From a virus (lineage: Duplodnaviria; Caudoviricetes): a stretch of DNA of 44,406 nt. The notes under the pieces were generated by a model that had not been told where the DNA came from, did no database searches, and worked only from the letters and a program-made list of their open reading frames with translations. Position 1 is the first letter of the stretch. Every line of letters begins with the position of its first letter. This document shows, piece after piece, positions 41,408 to 44,406 of this stretch. The DNA lies in the IMG/VR virus record IMGVR_UViG_3300021408_000010, positions 1 to 44,406 of that record; one strand, written 5' to 3'. A program made the position numbers and the translations under genes.

Positions 41408-44059
41408 GTGCTCGTGATAATCGAAGAAGGAGACCTACTCCATTTTGGTATTCTTCGTCGGTCAGGCAGGTATCCGTGGGGCTCTGGTAAGACAGAGAAC
41501 ATTCGAAATAAGCAATTCCTTGATTACGTGGCAGATCTGAAGAGCAAGGGCTTGACTGAATCTCAGATCGCTCAAGGATTCGATGTGTCAGTGTCGGAGC
41601 TCCGCGCTACCAGATCCATCGCCAGGAACGAACAGCGTCAATCCGATATCGCTATGGCTCAGCGGTTGAAAGACAAGGGCTATTCCAACGTTGCGATTGG
41701 CGAACGCATGGGTAAGAATGAATCGACCGTAAGGTCTCTCCTTGCTCCTGGGGCCAAGGATAAGTCCGACATCCTTCAGAGTACGGCGGACATGCTCAAG
41801 GCTGAAGTAGCAGAGAAGGGCTACATCGACGTCGGCACAGGCACCGAAAGCTATATTAATGTTGCTGGTCGTAACGGTGTCTCTGCCACGCGCTTGGCAA
41901 CGGCCGTATCTATGCTGCGTGAGGAAGGCTATGAATACCACACTGTCAAGTTCACGCAGGTCGGCACAGGCCTCGAGACAACAGTCAAGGTCCTTGCTCC
42001 CCCAGGAACTACTCAGAAGGATGTGTTCCTCAACCGCGATAAGATTCGACTCATTGGAAGCTTCTCTGAGGATGGTGGACGATCCTACGGAAAGGCCTTG
42101 GATCCTATCAGCATCAGTGCGAAGCGGCTCGACATCAAGTACAAAGAAGATGGTGGAGACCAAGCAGACGGTGTAGTCTTTGTTCGACCAGGGGTAAAAG
42201 ACGTCTCTCTTGGTGGGGCAAAGTATGCACAGGTCCGCGTGAAGGTTGGTGGCAAGCACTACATCAAGGGCATGGCCCTGTACAAGGATGACCTCCCTGA
42301 TGGTGTAGATCTTCAATTCAACACCAACAAGTCAGACACCGGTAATAAGCTTGATGCACTGAAGAAGTTGGATCTAGAGAATCCAGACCTTCCTTTCGGA
42401 ACCATTGTTCGTCAGATTGGCGATAACATGGGAACACCGAAGAGTAAGGTTACCTCTGCCATGAACATTGTTTATGAAGAGGGTAACTGGGAGCAATGGA
42501 GCAAGACGCTTTCTTCACAGATGCTGTCCAAGCAAAGTCCTGCGCTAATCAGATCTCAGCTTGATCTGACTCTGGATCAGCGTACTTCTCAGTACAACGA
42601 AATCAAATCACTGACTAACCCGGTGGTTCGTAAGCGTTTGCTCGAGGACTTCGCTGCAGGTACCGATTCTGCATCCATTCAACTTAAGGCTGCCGCGCTA
42701 CCACAACAGGCAACACACGTAATCCTTCCGATCTCCAAGATCGAACCTACTCAAATCTATGCACCTAATTATGCCAATGGTGCTAGAGTCGTATTGATTC
42801 GTCACCCTCATGGTGGTCCTTTTGAAATCCCAGAACTCGTCGTCAACAACCGGAACCCAGAAGGAAGAAAGCTTCTCGGAAATTCTCGTGATGCTATTGG
42901 CATTCATCATAGCGTTGCAGAGCGTCTGTCTGGCGCTGATTTTGATGGAGACACAGTACTCGTTATCCCTAATAATCAAAGACGAGTTCGGTCTGACCCT
43001 GCCCTGGCTGACCTAAAGGGGTTTGATCCTAGGTCTTCGTATCCTGGCTATGAGGGTATGAAGAAGATGACGAATACTCAGACAGAGATGGGTAAGGTTT
43101 CTAACCTTATCACGGACATGTCTCTTCGTCAGGCCCCTCCTTCTGAGCTTGCCCGTGCAGTTAAGCATTCGATGGTTGTCATTGATGCAGAGAAGCATGG
43201 GTTGAACTACAAGCAATCCTATAATGATAACGGTATCAAGCAGCTGAAAGAGAAGTACCAAAAGGGTGGTGCTTCTACTCTAATCTCTAGGGCTAAGTCA
43301 AGAACCGATGTCCCAGAGAGAAAGCCTCGTACTGTTGGTAAGGGTGGCCCTGTTGATAAGGAGACTGGTGAGCTTAGGTTTGAGCCCACCAATCGTGTTA
43401 ACTTCAGGTCAGGCACACCCATAACCACTCGTAGTACCAAGCTAGCAGAGACAAAGGATGCGCATACCCTATCATCAGGTACCCCTGTTGAGCGCATCTA
43501 TGCGGACCATTCTAACAAGCTCAAGGCCATGGCCAACCAGGCTAGGCTAGATGCTTTAAGAACCCCCACTCCTCGCCAGTCACCCTCTGCTAGAAGCACG
43601 TACTCTGCACAAGTAGCTTCGCTCAATGCAAAGCTGGCCATCGCTGTTCGAAACCGCCCCCTCGAAAGGCAAGCCCAGCTCATAGCCAATGCCGTAGTGA
43701 AGGCCAAGAGAGATTACAATCCTAACATGGAACGTGAGACTCTCAAGAAGATAAAGTTCCAGGCCCTCACTGAAGCGCGCATTCGTACTGGTGCTGGCAA
43801 GCAGAAAATCAAGATAGATCCCACAGAATGGGAAGCTATCCAAGCTAACGCCATTAGTTCCTCGAAGCTTAATGACATTCTAAACAACGCCGACATGGAC
43901 GCAGTGCGAGACCTGGCTACCCCTAAGGAAGCCAAGCTAATGAATCCCTCCAAGACTAGTAGAGCTAAGTCAATGCTTGCATCTGGGTACACCAGGTCTG
44001 AGGTTGCGTCTGCTCTTGGTGTGTCTCTTAGTACCCTCGATACTGCAACTGTGAGCTAA
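41408..44059 (+). CDS. single-subunit two-barrel RNA polymerase (RNAi-RdRP/YonO-like) with HTH domains
   Basis: Ordered motifs ADG, AQVR..IKG, LIRHP, LSGADFDGD (DFDGD at 42938-42952), MGKVSN, HSMVVIDAEKHG; two N-terminal and one C-terminal HTH-like segments. Confidence 0.8.
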   Translation: MLVIIEEGDLLHFGILRRSGRYPWGSGKTENIRNKQFLDYVADLKSKGLTESQIAQGFDVSVSELRATRSIARNEQRQSDIAMAQRLKDKGYSNVAIGERMGKNESTVRSLLAPGAKDKSDILQSTADMLKAEVAEKGYIDVGTGTESYINVAGRNGVSATRLATAVSMLREEGYEYHTVKFTQVGTGLETTVKVLAPPGTTQKDVFLNRDKIRLIGSFSEDGGRSYGKALDPISISAKRLDIKYKEDGGDQADGVVFVRPGVKDVSLGGAKYAQVRVKVGGKHYIKGMALYKDDLPDGVDLQFNTNKSDTGNKLDALKKLDLENPDLPFGTIVRQIGDNMGTPKSKVTSAMNIVYEEGNWEQWSKTLSSQMLSKQSPALIRSQLDLTLDQRTSQYNEIKSLTNPVVRKRLLEDFAAGTDSASIQLKAAALPQQATHVILPISKIEPTQIYAPNYANGARVVLIRHPHGGPFEIPELVVNNRNPEGRKLLGNSRDAIGIHHSVAERLSGADFDGDTVLVIPNNQRRVRSDPALADLKGFDPRSSYPGYEGMKKMTNTQTEMGKVSNLITDMSLRQAPPSELARAVKHSMVVIDAEKHGLNYKQSYNDNGIKQLKEKYQKGGASTLISRAKSRTDVPERKPRTVGKGGPVDKETGELRFEPTNRVNFRSGTPITTRSTKLAETKDAHTLSSGTPVERIYADHSNKLKAMANQARLDALRTPTPRQSPSARSTYSAQVASLNAKLAIAVRNRPLERQAQLIANAVVKAKRDYNPNMERETLKKIKFQALTEARIRTGAGKQKIKIDPTEWEAIQANAISSSKLNDILNNADMDAVRDLATPKEAKLMNPSKTSRAKSMLASGYTRSEVASALGVSLSTLDTATVS

Positions 44060-44074
44060 CAAGAAAGGATCAAG

Positions 44075-44317
44075 GTGCAACGTTCAAGGCTAACTACAGT
44101 TGATAATCCTTTCGATCCTTTCGATGATTATGATGCCTGGTACACATTCGACGTGTCGTTTGGATACCATACCGCATCGTTCTTAGCTCGCATTGTCCGT
44201 GACTCAGACCAACTATCTGATGCTGATCAAGAACTTGCTAATGAATTAGCTATTGATGAGATAGTTAAAGAGAATGTCTTAGGTGTTTATCGAAAAGTTT
44301 CGAGAGACATTTCTTAG
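44075..44317 (+). CDS. conserved hypothetical protein
   Basis: LTTVDNPFDPF....W..FD...GY.T...LAR; GAAAGGA RBS, GTG start. Confidence 0.75.
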   Translation: MQRSRLTTVDNPFDPFDDYDAWYTFDVSFGYHTASFLARIVRDSDQLSDADQELANELAIDEIVKENVLGVYRKVSRDIS

Positions 44318-44406
44318 TTCGTGAGTGGACACGACGGTTCGTCGGGGTCCCTTTCCTTCTTTAAAAGGGGGAGGGGGGTCTCGCGAATCGTACCCCCCCT
44401 ATGCAT

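Overview
The window looks like an essentially complete ~44.4 kb lytic siphophage genome, probably from an actinobacterial host (inferred). All credible genes are on the + strand and there is no integrase or repressor module. Gene order: left-end accessory/virion genes and an amidase endolysin; small terminase-like gene, HNH, large terminase, portal, protease-capsid fusion; head-tail and tail genes (two major-tail paralogs, 1601-aa tape measure); Dp-1-type holin; small genes behind a repeated promoter-like motif; a single-ORF SF3 helicase/primase/exonuclease/PolB fusion; SSB-like gene; SF2 helicase; VRR-NUC; PD-(D/E)xK nuclease; and an 883-aa protein at the right end. From recall, not a search, this layout resembles the Arthrobacter AM/AU/AW, Streptomyces BI, Rhodococcus CC and Gordonia DJ group. 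The most interesting signal is a possible self-contained transcription and ncRNA system with three parts. (1) The 883-aa protein carries, in order, the motifs of two-barrel RNAi-RdRP/YonO-type RNA polymerases (DG, QxR, KG, RxP, GADFDGD, DxxK) plus three HTH-like segments. (2) A fixed-spacing motif CGC-N7-ACA-N5-TATAATGA occurs 6-7 times, and RNA stems start inside it. (3) More than 1.4 kb of gene-free DNA folds into tandem structured domains, including three tRNA-like but non-tRNA elements, a pseudoknot and an ~870-nt ornate tract at 36121-36990. All RNA folds were found by eye and need computational and experimental confirmation.
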